Made by a program: the position numbers and the translations under genes | The notes under the pieces: model-generated | Databases searched by the model: none | Told to the model about the DNA's origin: nothing | The model's input: the letters and a program-made list of their open reading frames with translations, nothing else | NCBI RefSeq assembly: GCF_963921235.1 | Contig: NC_086097.1 | Location: 113,896,001 to 113,960,000 of the forward strand | Source of the DNA: Mobula hypostoma | Lineage: Eukaryota | Reading direction: 5' to 3' | DNA: 64,000 nt | Shown: positions 1 through 13,069 of the stretch, piece by piece | Position numbering within the stretch: position 1 is the first letter of the stretch | How the letters are laid out: every line of letters begins with the position of its first letter

Positions 1-313
1 TTTTTCCCACAGAACTACCACTGATTGGATGCTTCTTGCTTTTTCTACCCTTCTCTGCAAACTCTAGAGACTGTGGAGCATGAAAATCCCAGGAGAACAG
101 CATTTTCTGAGATACACAAACCACCCCTTCTGCCACCAACAATTATTCCACAAAGTCACTTAGATCACATTTCTTCCCCCTTTCTGATATTTGGTCTAAT
201 CAACAACTAAACCTCTTGACCATGCAAACAGTTGTTACCATATGATTGGGTGATTAGATATTTACATTAACAAGCAGGTGTACAGATGCACCTAATAAAA
301 TAGCCACTGAGTG
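1..313. mobile_element. End of a Tc1/mariner-type DNA transposon (probably non-autonomous), truncated by the window edge
   Basis: Ends ...GCACCTAATAAAATAGCCACTGAGTG followed by TA (314-315). The reverse complement resembles the CACTCAGTGGCCACTTTATTAGG Tc1-type TIR. No transposase is seen. Confidence 0.5.
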
Positions 314-440
314 TATAATCTGAATATTCAGTTAGGAATGTTATAGATTGACATGAAGTAAAGGTATAGATCAACTTTGTTCTCAATTGCAAAATGAACA
401 TTTCTTTCCTCATAAAAATGTACAACATGTTCTTTGTCTA

Positions 441-1012
441 CAACACACACAGCAGGTCAGGCACAAATAGTCAACTATGTGGGCTGAGGACTGGAAAGGA
501 AGAGGATGTAAGCCAGAATAAGAAATGGGGGAGGGGAAGGAGAACAAGTTAGAAAGTGATAGGTAAAACCTGGTGAGGAAGGTGGTGTGTGGGTGAGGAA
601 AGGGGGATAAAGTGAGAAGCTGGGAGGTGATAGGTGGAAGGGGTAAAGGGCTGAAGAAGAGTGATTCTAATAAAAGAATCTAGAAAAAAAAGGAAGGAGG
701 GGCATCAGAAGCAGGTTATGAGCAGGTGAGAAGAGAGGAGAAGGTGTAAGATGGGAGACAGAATAGGGAATTGAAAAGGAGAGAAGAGGGAGGGGAGGGT
801 AATTACAGGAAGTTAGAGAACTCAGTGTTCATGCCATCAGGTTGGAGAAGGCTACCCAGATGGAATATGAGGCGATGCTCCTCCAACCTGGGAGTAGCCT
901 CATTGTGGTCGTAAAGGACTGATATGTCAAAATGGGAAAGGAGTGTAGAATTAAAATGGGTAGCCACTGGGAAAGCTTGCCTATTGTGATGGACGGAAGC
1001 TGCTTGACAAAG
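441..1012 (-). mobile_element. Penelope-like element (PLE) 3' fragment
   Basis: Minus strand reads PRLEEHRLIFHLG, matching the GIY-YIG C-terminus of the PLE at 37-38.9 kb (LRLEEQHLIFRLG), followed by the same pyrimidine-rich 3' UTR. Confidence 0.7.
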
Positions 1013-1606
1013 TTATTAGTTTGTAAAATACTGCATGATAAATATTTAGCTGAAGCTCAAAGAGATTCAGTACCAGCTATTCCTGCAGGTGGGGCTGTTG
1101 AGGCTTAAACATATCTCACAGGATGTAAATTTAATTGAAAATATAACATTTAGGGATTGCAGTCTTTGTGCTGGATTGTTATCAATTATTTAAATTCCCT
1201 GCTGTAAATGCTTCATCCAGTTTCCTTTTATCAATGATCTTACAAGAAAAATTTGTACTTGGGTTACAACTGGACTTAGAGTGTGAGTTAGGAGCAGTAA
1301 CAGGTAGTGACGTAAGTGAACAGCATCAGTGGATGAATAACAGTGTGAGGTGTGATAATTAGGTCCTTTAGTTGTGCAAGAACCCCCATATTCAACTCTA
1401 CTGTATACCTGCTCTTGTTGCCTGAACTTCATTATTGCAAGTCAGTGTCTTCTCAATTTCTGTTGCAACAGAAAAATTATTAGGCTGGTAACAATACTCC
1501 AATCTACACTTAGAGAAAATAAATTTTGCATTTTTCCCATTGTAATTTGATCTAAGTGTCTTACTTTGTCTCAGGACATCTGTTATATCTTGGTACAAAT
1601 ACCTCT

Positions 1607-1757
1607 TCAGATGCTGGAAATCCAGAGCAACACAAACATAAAATACTTGAGGAACTCAGCAGGTCAGGCAGCACCTATTGAGAGGAATAAACAGTTGACA
1701 TTTTGAGCTAAGATATTCTGATGAAGTATCTCAACCTGAAACGTTAACTGCTTTTTC
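1607..1757. mobile_element. Short PLE-terminus-derived insert with an inverted junction and hammerhead core
   Basis: GGAACTCAGCAGGTCAGGCAGCA terminus motif. ACAGTTGACATTTT...GAAACGTTAACTG is an imperfect inverted repeat. CTGATGA at 1718-1724 and GAAAC at 1738-1742. Confidence 0.65.
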
Positions 1758-1774
1758 CTAAGGGTAAGGATTCA

Positions 1775-2933
1775 TAGGGAAATGACGAATTGTTGTGTTC
1801 TGTGTTTTACTGAGACGTGGCTTTCACAGAGTACACCGGGTCTGGTGATCAGACCCAAAGGCTTCTTGATACACAGGATGGATTGAGCTGCTGATTTGGA
1901 AAAGGCATGATAAGCTCTGTGGTGCTCTCATGTGGTGGTTTTGTCGTACTTGTGCTCCCCTGACCTTGATCAAATGTCAACTATTCTAATTACCAAGAGA
2001 GTTCTCCTCCGTGATCTTGACCACAGTTTACATATCACCAGTGACCAACTATAAACAAGCGCTTGAAATACTGCATGATGCTGCCAAAAAACAAGAAACA
2101 GTCCACCCAGATGCATTTCATGTCATAGTTAGTTATTTGAATCAGGCTTGTTTGAAGAAATCCCTAGCCAGTCACCATCAGCATATAACCTGTAGCACCA
2201 GAGGTCCCAACACGCTAGACTACTGCTACAGGAAGGTAAGGAAGGCCTACCATTCCATGCCCAGACTGCATTTCAGAAAATATAATTACTTGGCTATCTT
2301 TCTCTGTAGTGGCGAGTATATTGACTGGCTGAATTACAGCCTGGTATGGAGCACCGATGCCCTTTAATGGAAAATCTTACAAAAAGTAGTGAATACTGTC
2401 CAGTCCATCATTGGTGAAGCCCAACCCACTAATGAGCAAATCTGCCTGGAGCATTGTCGCAGGAAAGCAGCATCCATCATCAGGGACCCCCATCACCCAG
2501 GACATGTTCTCTTGCTGCTGCCATTAGGAAGAAGATAAAGGAGCCGCAGGACTCACAACCAGCAGGTTCAAGAACAGTTATTACCCCTCAACCATCAGGC
2601 GCTTGAATTAGAAGGGATAACTTCATTCACCCCATCACTGAACTGTTCCCACAACCTATGGACTCACTTTCAAGGACACTTCATCTCAAGTTCTTGATAT
2701 TTATTGCTTATTTATTTATTATCATTCTTTCTTTTCATTCTTTCTTATGTTTTTACACAGTTTGTTTTACAGATTGGTTGTCCACCCTGTTGGTGTAGTA
2801 TTTCATTGATTCTATTATGATTACTGGATTTATTGAGTATGCCTGCAAGAAAATAAATCTTAGGGTTGTATATGGTGACATATGTGTAAATTATTAATAA
2901 ATTTACTTTGAACTTTAATCTTTGGACTTTGAA
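1775..2933 (+). mobile_element. Rex1/Babar-type LINE, decayed and internally deleted (APE fragment plus 3' end)
   Basis: FTETWL and ILTTVYISP...HITCSTRGPNTLDYCY are APE motifs. RKAASIIRDPHHPGH is the C-terminus. Tail resembles (TTTGAAC)n. Confidence 0.75.
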
Positions 2934-3464
2934 CCGAACGTCCCAGATGACCTCCCATAGTGCTCAGGAAGTGACAAAGAGGGCAGTATTGTCCCTGATC
3001 AGCATCTACAACCACGTGAAGCTCCACCAATAGACAGCCACTTAGGAAAACATCATACTCGACTCAAGTGATAACACTGCTGCTGCCGCCACACAACAAC
3101 AAAGTTTACATTGTTTAACATAGTGATCCTGATTCTCATTCTGAACCCCAACTGGCCATGACTGGGATCTCCAGTAAGGATTGGGACAATTTAAACAATT
3201 TTCTAACAGCTGCAAATGGGACTGAGCCCTCTACACAATAAACGATTGATGAAGTAAGTTATATTATGAATCATTTTAAGTTAAAGGTGAACAACAGTTA
3301 AAATTTAAAAGGATATCTTGCAAGGAATGTGGATCACCTGCAATAATTAGGATTTATTGGAGTGAGCTGTGGTTAGAGTCAGAGACAGAAATATGCATTA
3401 AGGGTAAAGCATAGTACAGAATCTGTATTAATGTATAATATTTAGAGTATTTTACATTATACTC

Positions 3465-3815
3465 AGCCAGCTCCATGGACACAAGCCTCCCTACTATCAA
3501 GCACATCGTCAAGAAGGCAGCATCTATCATTAAGGACCCTCACCACCCAGGACATGCTCTTTTCCTATGACTATCATCTGGGAGAAGAGACAAGAGCCTG
3601 AAGACCCACACGTAGTGTTCTAGGAACACCTTCTTTCCCTCTGGCATTAGATTTTGGAATGGTCCTTGAACCGATAAACACTACCTTGCTATTCCTTTTT
3701 GCGCTATTATTTATTGTTGTAACTTATATTAATATATTCTGTCTTGCACTGCTACCACAGAACAATTTTTGTCACATACTTTATGTCAGTGATAATAAAC
3801 CTTATTCTAATTCTG
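3465..3815 (+). mobile_element. Rex1/Babar LINE 3' fragment
   Basis: KAASIIKDPHHPGHALF C-terminal motif; ATTCTA/ATTCTG-type tail. Confidence 0.7.
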
Positions 3816-4995
3816 TTTAATATCTTCCAACTTTCATATAATGTGTTATTTTATTTGTCATCTTCCTATAATGTTAATTTTCTTCTGTTATAATTTATTT
3901 AAATTATAATAAACTTTTAAGAGTTCTAGAGTGTGCTGCTTGATAAGCCCTGACTATTTTAAACTTGCCTGCACAGATTTGGGTGCAGATGAGGACAGGT
4001 GCGAGAAACCACTGCAGATCCCAAACTGCTTTATCTACACGTGTGAAGTCTGCAACATCCACCATCTCCCACACATGACAGAATGGTGACAATATGAGAA
4101 AGAATCAAACTGCATTCATCCTGATGACCAGCAGAGGGAGAAATTATACTGTATTTAGCTGTTCCTATTATGGCTTTATGTTTGTTGGAGGATTATTTGC
4201 ATCAACTTTAACGTGGGGAGAAGTTTTGCTCGTTGTGACTCTGTACTTTGATTCATTCCAACCTCCTTTTCCTCTATGCTCAGCTCAAATATCCTCCACT
4301 AAGCCATAAACAATATCCTCGGAGAACTCAACAGGTCAAGCAGCATCTGTGGGAGGAAAAGAAATTGTCAACTTACAATTCTTTTTAGAATGTTTTAAAA
4401 GAGTATTTTTTAATTTAAAAAAATTGTAAGACCTGCATAGCCACGGGTGCCCATGATCATGCCTTTGATTTGTAGGAAATGAGAGGAGTTATGTGAGAAA
4501 TTCTTCAGAGTAAGAACATTAACAATTTGTTTGCCCCCCGCACTGATTCTGTTTATCCTGCCAAGTTCCTCCAGCAAATTGTTGGTTGCTTCGGATTCCA
4601 GCATCTGAAATCTCATACATTTCCTTTTTTTAATAAATAAAAGGGATGTCTGTCCAAATTTTAGCAAGTTCAGGATTGAACCTGCAGGCAGAGATTTCCT
4701 CCAGCAACTAATGTTGAAAACATTCTGGAAGCAAAATGTCCATAATCCAATGATTGCAGATAAGGAATCTCCAGGCCAAATCAATAGGGACAGAACATTA
4801 CAGCACAGTACAGGCCCTTCATTCCACTACATTCTGCTGACCTTGTGACCTACTCTGAGATCAATCCAACATGTGGCACTTTCTAGATGTGGTACTTTTT
4901 CCAAGGAGAAGTTGATGGTATCCTTGAATAAATGGCAAACTATGCAAGCTGAAGTAAATGAAGATGGTTTTCAGAAGCATGTTATAAACGTAGTG

Positions 4996-5289
4996 GAGCC
5001 ATGGTAGTGTAGCGGTATGGTGCTAGTATAGCTTGGGGTGAAGGAGTTCAGAATTCAATTCCAGTGGCGTCTCCAAGGAGTTTGTACAACCTCCCTATGA
5101 ATGCGTTGGTTTTCACCGGGTGCTCTGGTTTCCTCTCACATTCCAAATACGTACTGGTCAGTAGGTTAATTGGTCATTATAAATTGTTCTGTGTTTAGGC
5201 TAGGGTTAAATTGGTAGGTTGCTGAGTGGTGTGGCTCAGTGGCCTGTTCCACACTGTATCTCTAAATAAATAAATAATACATAAATAAA
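4996..5289 (+). mobile_element. tRNA-derived V-SINE (HE1-like)
   Basis: A-box-like GGTAGTGTAGCGG, B-box-like AATTCAATTCC, central GGGTGCTCTGGTTTCCTCTCACATTCCAAA V-domain, CR1-like tail and (TAAA)n. Confidence 0.75.
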
Positions 5290-6099
5290 GTATTGTTTGT
5301 TTAGCAAAAGTGAAACTGATGCCCAGATTTACATTCCCCAATCAGGAGAAACAGCCTCTCAGTATCTTCCCCGTAATGTCCTGTGAGAATTGTATAACTT
5401 GCATTGAAATCACATCCACTCTCCATAGATTATAGGTTTGTGTCGTACTTCTCTCTCCATATTACACCAGGCTTCTCCTTTCAGGAATTAATCTGGTGAA
5501 CCGCTGCCACATTCCTCCTCAGGCAACCAACCAGCAAAACTCTAACCACTACAGCTTAGCAACACTAAGACCACTTAGATTACTATCCACCCAAATGGAC
5601 TTGGTCTTATTTGTTCCAATTGCGTTCATTCTTGTAAAACTTACGTTTATGTCTTACTCGTGAATGATGCACTGTGCCCGCGATGCTACTTCAGGGAAGT
5701 TTCTCCATTGCACCTGTGCATACAGATGATCCTAAACTCAAATTTGACTTCGACTATTCACGTTGCTCCACCAGCAATGTTACCAAACTTTATTTGCAGT
5801 CTTGCTCCTCGTTTAGTTTTTTAACAGTCTAATTGATAAATTCTGCCAAGTCAAGATTTGAGACATAGCCATGCTATAAACATTACTGCTGTGCTTTCAC
5901 GCCTCTTTCCGCACTGCATTGCTTCTGAAGTTCTTAGAGGAGGTCAGGGATAACGTGACCCTGGAAGTACACACATCGTTTGTACATTATAGTCCGATTG
6001 ACTGTCATTTGTGCCTTAATCATTGTTGGGTTAGAAAATATATGCACTTGTACTCTTTGAATGGCTTCAATGCAAATTCCAGAAGCAGAATTCAATGCA

Positions 6100-6490
6100 T
6101 CCCAAGCATTGAGGACATCGCATCGAGGACATCTTCAGTGGGTGATGCCTCAAAAAGGTGTCACCCATCATTAAGGACCCCCATCATTCAGGGCATACTC
6201 TTTCCTTATTGCTACCATCAGAGAGGAGGAACAGGAGCCTGAAGACACACACTCAATGTTTTAGGAACAGCTATTTCCCCTGTATCATCAGATTTCCGAA
6301 TGGACAATGATCCAACCCATGAACACTAGCTCATTAATTTTGCCCTCTTTTTGCTTTACTTACTTAAATTATTTTTATATATATTTCTTAATGTAATTTA
6401 TATTATTTTCATATATATTGCATTGTACTGCTGCTACAAAACAACAAATTTCACTACAAATGTTAGTGATATTAAACCTGATTCCGATTG
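6100..6490 (+). mobile_element. Rex1/Babar LINE 3' fragment
   Basis: CCATCATTAAGGACCCCCATCA...AGCCTGAAGACACACACTCAATGTTTTAGGAACAGC, then AAACCTGATTCCGATT tail, as in the other Rex 3' ends here. Confidence 0.65.
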
Positions 6491-7029
6491 AATGGTATGT
6501 AATATACCAAGCACACACACATCAGAAGGCAGGCATCTACTCTGAGATTTTCCATACACTTTGAGATCTGTAGAATTAACAGCCAAATTATACTTACTGG
6601 CAGCTTGTTATTATTTAGCGAATCACTGGCTTTTAGTGGACAGATGTCCACATATGCACGTTGAACATGGGAGCCTGGGGCAAGTTGGAAGTTGGATGCC
6701 AGTGCCTCTGACCTTTTACTCTGTAGATGATCTCACCATTATGGTGGGACTCCAGTTGTATAAAGAAAGGGGCCCGGTGCAGCTCACATGAAGTCACTCA
6801 GCTTCATACCAATTGGAACAAAAACTCACAGATCTGTGAAATCTGAAACAGCAAATGCTGGGTATGACCAGCACGTCAGGCATCAGTAGCTAGCGAATGG
6901 TTACCCAAGGACGAGAAACCATGGCTATAATTCTAATAGATATATCTCCTGGTAGTTACTGAGTTTTGTCTGAATGTAAAGGGGCAGACTCAGCTAATTT
7001 ACCCAATGTTACACCTATAGGAGACATAA

Positions 7030-7965
7030 CTCTTGTCCCTCCTCCATCACCACCATCTAGGGACCAAAATAACCCTTCCAGGTCAAACTAAGATTCACCT
7101 GCACCTTCTCCAACCGTCTCTGCTGAACTTGGTGCTCTCATTATGGCTTCTCCACATCGACAAGGCCTCAAACGCAGACTAGGTGACCCTTTTGTGTAAC
7201 CCTCACTTACGCTATGTTTGTGATGTCCATCTTGATCTCCCCTTTCAATTTCCATTCCCATTCGCACACCAACACCAACCTTTCAGTCCTTGGCCTCTTC
7301 CACTGCCAGGGTGATGGCTATCACAATCAAAAGAACAGCATTTCATACTCCACATGGGTAGTTTACAATCCAAAGATATGAACATTGAATCTTCAAAATC
7401 CAGGTAATCCACTCTCCCCGTGGTCCTTTCTTCACAATCTGCCTTCTGACTTTCCCACCACCAGTCTGTCACAAAGAATTATCCCCTTCCCACCACCAGT
7501 CCATCACAAAGAATTATCCCCTTCCCACCACCAATCCGTCACAAAGATTTATCCCCATCCCACCACCAATCCGTCACAAAGATTTATCCCCATCCCACCA
7601 GCAGACAGTTAGATAAGTTTATTCCCACCACCACCCCATCACACAGATTTATTACCTTCCCCTGGCTAGTTTCATCTGCCCTCATCCCTTCCATATCAGT
7701 TTCCAGGATTTTTAGCCTTTTGTTTATACTTATCACCTTCTGGCTTCTGTCTCTACCTCCATCTTTCACTCTCCCCAGCCTGGCTCCATCTACCTTTTTT
7801 ATCTCGATCCTTATCTTTCTACCTATCAGCCAGTAATCGCTGTTTCCCAGTTCCATCTCTCCTCCCCCACTTAGATCCATCTGTCTATCATGTCCCTGCT
7901 CATGATGTAAAACAGGATCATCCTTTTGCCTCTACAGATGCTGGTGGACCCAATATGGTCGTTCA
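7030..7965 (+). mobile_element. Decayed Penelope-like element 3' fragment
   Basis: Colinear with the GIY-YIG region and 3' UTR of the PLEs at 14.4-15.5 kb and 37-38.9 kb (TTCCAGGT...TTCACCTGC, EQHFILHMGSLQSKDMNIE). Confidence 0.6.
7452..7600. repeat. 35-bp tandem repeat, 4 good copies plus decayed copies to about 7660
   Basis: Unit TTCCCACCACCAGTCTGTCACAAAGAATTATCCCC repeats directly inside the PLE 3' UTR. Confidence 0.9.
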
Positions 7966-7969
7966 GTTG

Positions 7970-10750
7970 AGTGACACTGGTAGACTTTCAAAGAAAGTTT
8001 TCACAGTGTTTAACAACAAGTACATTCCAGTTCAAAGCAAGGACAGTAAGGGTGGGGACAGAAGCTTTGGATAACTAAGGAAATAAAAGAAGGCATCAAA
8101 CTAAAAGTTCATGCATATGAAGTCACCTAGAGTAGTGGGAAACTGGAAAATTTGGAAAACTTTAAAAGGGAACAAAGAACCACAAGCAAGTAATGAGGAA
8201 AGGGAATATAAATTATGAAAGTAAACTAGCACAAAATATAAAAATAAATGTTTAAAGGTTTTATAATTATATAAAGCAGAAAAGCGTGGCTAAAATGAAG
8301 ATAGGTCCCTTGTAAGATGAGAAATAGGTGAGGCCTTGAACGACTATTCTGCATCAGTTTTCACGGTGGAGGACAAGTCTAATATGCAAAAGAGAGATGT
8401 TATGGATGTGATGCGAGGTGAAGACTTTGATACAATTATTGTCACTGATGAGCAAACTAGTGAGCCTAAAAGTAGAGAAGCTCCCTGGTCCTGATGGGTG
8501 CATTCCAGGGTAGTTATAGTAGATACATTTGTGATAATTTACCAAGATTCACTGGACAGGTTGCAGTGAATTGGAAGATGGCAAATGTCATGCTACTGTT
8601 TAGACAAGGATGTAGGCAAAAGGCAGGTAACTATTGGCCAGTTAAAGTACCATCTGTCTTCAGGAAAATGCATGAAGCAATCATTAAGAAAGAAATAGCC
8701 AGTCTTCTGGATAGAAGTGGTTCCATCAGGCAGAATCAGCATGGATTCATGAAGAGTAAGATCAGTCTGACAAACTTAGTGGAGTTCTTTGGGGATATAA
8801 TGACAGAAGTAGATAGGTAGGAACAGATAAATGTTGTCTACTTGGATTTCCAGAAGGTAAAGATACATGGAGTTGGGGATAACGTGTTAGGACTGGTTAA
8901 CCAACGGAAGGCAGAAAGTTGGGATAAATGGGTGTTTCTTTTGTTGGTGGTCAGTTGTAAATAGTATGCTGCAGGGGTTGGTGCTTGGCCCACAATTGTT
9001 TACAATATTCATTAATGATTTGGAAGAGGGGATTGAGTGTAGTATATTTAAGTTTGCTGGGGACACTAAAGGAAATTGAAAAGTAAATTGGGCAGAGAGA
9101 TTTAGATAGGTTAATGGTCTGGCAGATCGAATGCAACATTGGTAAATGAAGGGTCATCCACTTTGGAAGGAAAGATGGAAGCTGTGCAGAGGGACTTGGG
9201 GTGATTGTGCTTGAAATGTAGAAGGTTGGTTTGCAGGTGCAACAAGCTGTCATGAAGGCAAATAGAATGTTGACCTTCAGTGCTAGTGATTGAATTTAAT
9301 ATCAGGGAAGTTATGCTGCAACTGTTCAGGGCATTAGTGAGGCCTCACCTGCAGCATTGTATGCATTTCCGTTCTCCTTACTTGAGGCAGAGCGGAGGAG
9401 GTTCACCAGATCAACTCCGGAGATTGAGGTGGTTGGAATATGGGGAGAGGTTGACTCATCTGGGACTATACTAACTGAAATTCAGAGGAATTGATCATAT
9501 AGAAACATTTAAAATTATGGAAGTGTTAGTTTAGAGGCAGGAAAGTCATTTCTATTGGCAAGTGAAATTAGAACTAGGGGACATAGTCTCAAGATTTAGG
9601 GGAGTAGATTTAGGATAGAGATGAAAAGAAATTACTTTTCCCAGGGTGTGGTGTATCTGTGGAATTCTCTACTTTTTTGATAATGTGCAGTGTTTGGCTT
9701 ATGCCAAACATAACATATAGTCTGATGTCAGAAAGCTCAATTTTGGTTTCATCAGACCATAGCGCCTTCTTCCAGCTGACCTCAGAGTCTCCCACTTGCC
9801 TTCTGATAAACTCTAGCTGAGTCTTCATTTGAGCTTTTTTTCCCAACAGTGGCTTTCTCTTTTCCACTCTCCTGTAAAGTAGCAACCAGTGAAGCACTCA
9901 CCCAGGCCACAGTTGTTTGCACAGCCTCTCCCATCTCAGCCACTGAAGCTTGTAACTTCTCCAGAGTTGTCATAGGCCTCTTGGTGGCCTTCCTCACTAG
10001 TCCCCTTCTTGCACGGTCACTCAGTTTTTGAGGACAGCCTGCTCTAGGCAGATTTACAGCTGTGCCATATTCTCTCCATTTCTCAATGATTGACAACTAT
10101 ACTCCAAGGGATAGTCAGTGACTTGGAAATCTTCTTGTATCCATTTTCTGACGTGCTTTTTAGTAACCTTTTCCCAGATTTGCTTGAAGTGTTCCTTTTT
10201 CTTCACGGTGTAGTTTTTTCCAGGATACTGCCTCACCAGCATGTGGACCTTCCAGATACAGGTGTATTTTTACTACAAACAATTGAAACACCTTGACTGC
10301 ACAAAGTGATCTCCGTTTAACTAATTATGTAACTTTTGTAACCAATTGGCTGCACTAGTGATGATTTGGTGTGTCATGTTAAGGGGTGAACACCTATGCA
10401 ATCAATTATTTTGTATTTTATATTTGTGATTCATTTAGATCACTTTGTAGAGATCTGTTTTCACTTTGACACGAAAGAGCCTTTTTCTGTTGATCAGTGT
10501 CGAAAAAAAACCAAATTAAATCCATGATTCAATGTTGTAAAACAATAAAACATGAAAACTTCTGGGGGGGGGGATACTGTTACAGGCACTGCATTTTAGG
10601 GACATTTAAGAAACTGTTAGATATGCCTGTGGATGATAGAAAAAGAGGGAAGGACAAAGGGTAGGAGGGAAGGGTTAGATTGGTATTAGAGTAGATTAAA
10701 ATGTAGATGTAACATTGTAACAGAAGGGGTTGTACTATGTTCTATGTTCC
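7970..10750 (+). mobile_element. Old CR1 LINE ORF2 and 3' end, interrupted by Tc1 at 9672-10591
   Basis: NWKMANVMLLF...GNYWPV...QHGFMKSKISLTNLVEFF and REVMLQLFRALVRPHL, with many stops. (TTCTATG) tail at about 10735-10750. Confidence 0.85.
9672..10591 (-). mobile_element. Tc1-family DNA transposon, 5' half (TIR, HTH, start of DDE domain)
   Basis: SIIEKWREYGTAVNLPRAGCPQKLSDRARRGLVRKATKRPMTTL and WKKALWSDETKIEL (first catalytic D). TIR begins CAGTGCCTGTAACAGTATCCCC at 10591 on the minus strand. Confidence 0.9.
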
Positions 10751-12289
10751 ACTTACAAAGAGTAATAACATTTTACTTTCATATGTGAGTGTTTATGTTG
10801 AACTTCCCAGCTGCCTTTTAAAGATAATTCCATTAGCAGTCTTCCGATTCAAGGTGGGATGCTCACTGTGAGAATTGATATTTTTTATTGGCATGTCCTG
10901 TTCTCACAGGCCTGAGCAAAGCCATTCCTGTTCTTAAAGAAAAATATGCTGTGATGTGATAAAGTCCCACCATGACCAAAAGAACAGCTCGTCTTATTAA
11001 TGGTGATGACTCAGTACTGTTTACTGTTCATTCCCTTTTCATTCTGACTCCCTCAATCAGGATTGCTTTGGAAGAGTACATTTAACAAAATATTTTCAAA
11101 TGATATACATTTACATTCTCATTGGTAGAATACCTGCAAGTCTTACAGAATATATACATTAATAAAATATTATCATTTCAATACCTGTTGATGGGCCTGT
11201 GGAGAGTTAAATTGCTTTCAGCTGCTGTGTTCCAATATGCTTTTGAATCATGCTTAATTTTGATTTTTAACACCCATGGTCAATACCCTGGTACTGACCT
11301 GAGAAGTGTCTGGCAAGGTGAATTAATTCTTTTTTTTTGCTACACGTGTTTTTGGTTTGGCTGGGAATTGCCTCATGCAATTCTTGAAATTCTCCAGCTG
11401 GGCCTGGGTTAACTCTTGGTTTTCAGCCTCTCTCCATGTGTGGTAAGTTCTCTGTGTCGTTCACCACTCATTCCAACTCCACTGAGGTGAATCTCAGGGA
11501 CAGGGAGAGCATGAGGTTCTAAACTCCTTTTCGGAGGTTCCCACTGAGTAGGTGCCCTGCAGAATTTCCAGCCTGTTCTTTTTTTTCCATTAATTCAAGT
11601 TTTTAAGACCATGTCACCCACACTCAGTAAAATACAGCCAGTAACACATTTAATTTTCATACTGATGAGGATGTAGAAAATTGTCATTATTTACATCTGC
11701 TGAACATTAAGTATCGGGGTGCAAGCCTATTTTACTTCATGTGTGAAACCCTAATTCCATTGACTTTAAAATACGAGCTTGTTCTCTTATATTTTCTTCT
11801 AAGCTTAACTATCCAGCACCTACATAAACAATGCTGTACATTTTGGTTGTCTATTTTTAAAATCATTTTTGATCATTTCAGCTGCCTATGTAAGATTATG
11901 TCCTCCGATTGAAAGAGATCTTCAATGTGAAGCCAGCTGTCTATTATTGTGTAAGCATAGTCAAAGATAAGAAACAGTGCCTCAAGATCTTTGAATTCAT
12001 TGCATGTACACATTGCTGAAAAGTAGAAAAAAGCAGTGGGGCCCTAATGCAGAACTCATTGGCATTTCCTTTAGTAAAGAAATATATTAATAGTTGCATT
12101 GAAGAAAGAATATGGCATCTGTGTTTCCAAAGCATGCCTGAAGTAAGTTATTATTTAAACTGCTTCCTTTCCTCTGAGGCCAAGCTTAGATTTTGTTATC
12201 ATTCAGAATCAGAATCAGCTTTATTATCACTCACCTACGGCATGGAAGTTGTTTTGAAGCAGCAGTACAGTGCAATGCATGAAAGATTA

Positions 12290-12470
12290 TAATCGAATGT
12301 GCACAGTATACAGAATAAGGTAGATGAACTTGTAGCACAGTTGCAGATCAGAATGTATGTTGTAGGCATCACTGAATCATGGCTGGAAGAAGATAATAGC
12401 TGGAAGCTCAAAGCCCAGGGATACGCATTATATTGAAAGGACAGGCAGGAAGGCAGAGGGGGTAGTGTTG
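12290..12470 (+). mobile_element. CR1 APE endonuclease fragment
   Basis: IQNKVDELVAQL...VVGITESWLE...KDRQEGRGG. Confidence 0.7.
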
Positions 12471-12549
12471 TCCACTATGCTTAGAGCTAACAATTGTTAA
12501 CTAACATCATTTGTGTGTGCTTGTGTTCAAAAAGGCAGTGATTTTTGTC

Positions 12550-13068
12550 AGATTCAGAATCAGAATCAGGATTATTATCACCAGAATGTGAAGTGAAATT
12601 TGTTAACTTAGCAGCGGCAGTTCAATACATACATAATATAGAAGAAAAAAAGTACAGTATATTACAGTATATATATTGAATAGATTAAAAATTGTGTAAA
12701 AACAGAAATAATATATATTAGAAGTGAGGCAGTGTTCATGGGTTCAATGTCCATTTAGGAATCGGATGGCAGAGGGGAAGAATCTGTTCCTGAATCGCTG
12801 AGTGTGTGCCTTCAAGCTTCTGTACCTCTTACCTGATGGTAACAGTGAGAAAAAGGCATGTCCTGGGTGCTGGAGGTCCTTAATAATGGACACTGCCTTT
12901 CTGAGATACCGTTCCTTGAAGATGTCCTTTGTAGGCTAGTACCCAAGATGGAGTCGATTAAATTTACAAATCTCTGCAGCTTTGTTCGGTCCTGTGCAGT
13001 AGCCACCACCCTCCCCCCACCCCATACCAGACAGTGATGCAGCCTTTTAGAATGCTCTCTACCGATAG
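12550..13068 (-). mobile_element. Rex1/Babar LINE 3' fragment
   Basis: AQDRTKLQRFVNL on the minus strand, C-terminal KAVSIIKD, and an (ATTCTG)n tail at about 12550-12570. Confidence 0.75.
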
Positions 13069-13069
13069 T

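Noticed and set aside
11290..11575. Possible minus-strand host exon bounded by AG/GT
   Set aside because: I found no frame that stays open across the interval and no recognisable protein.
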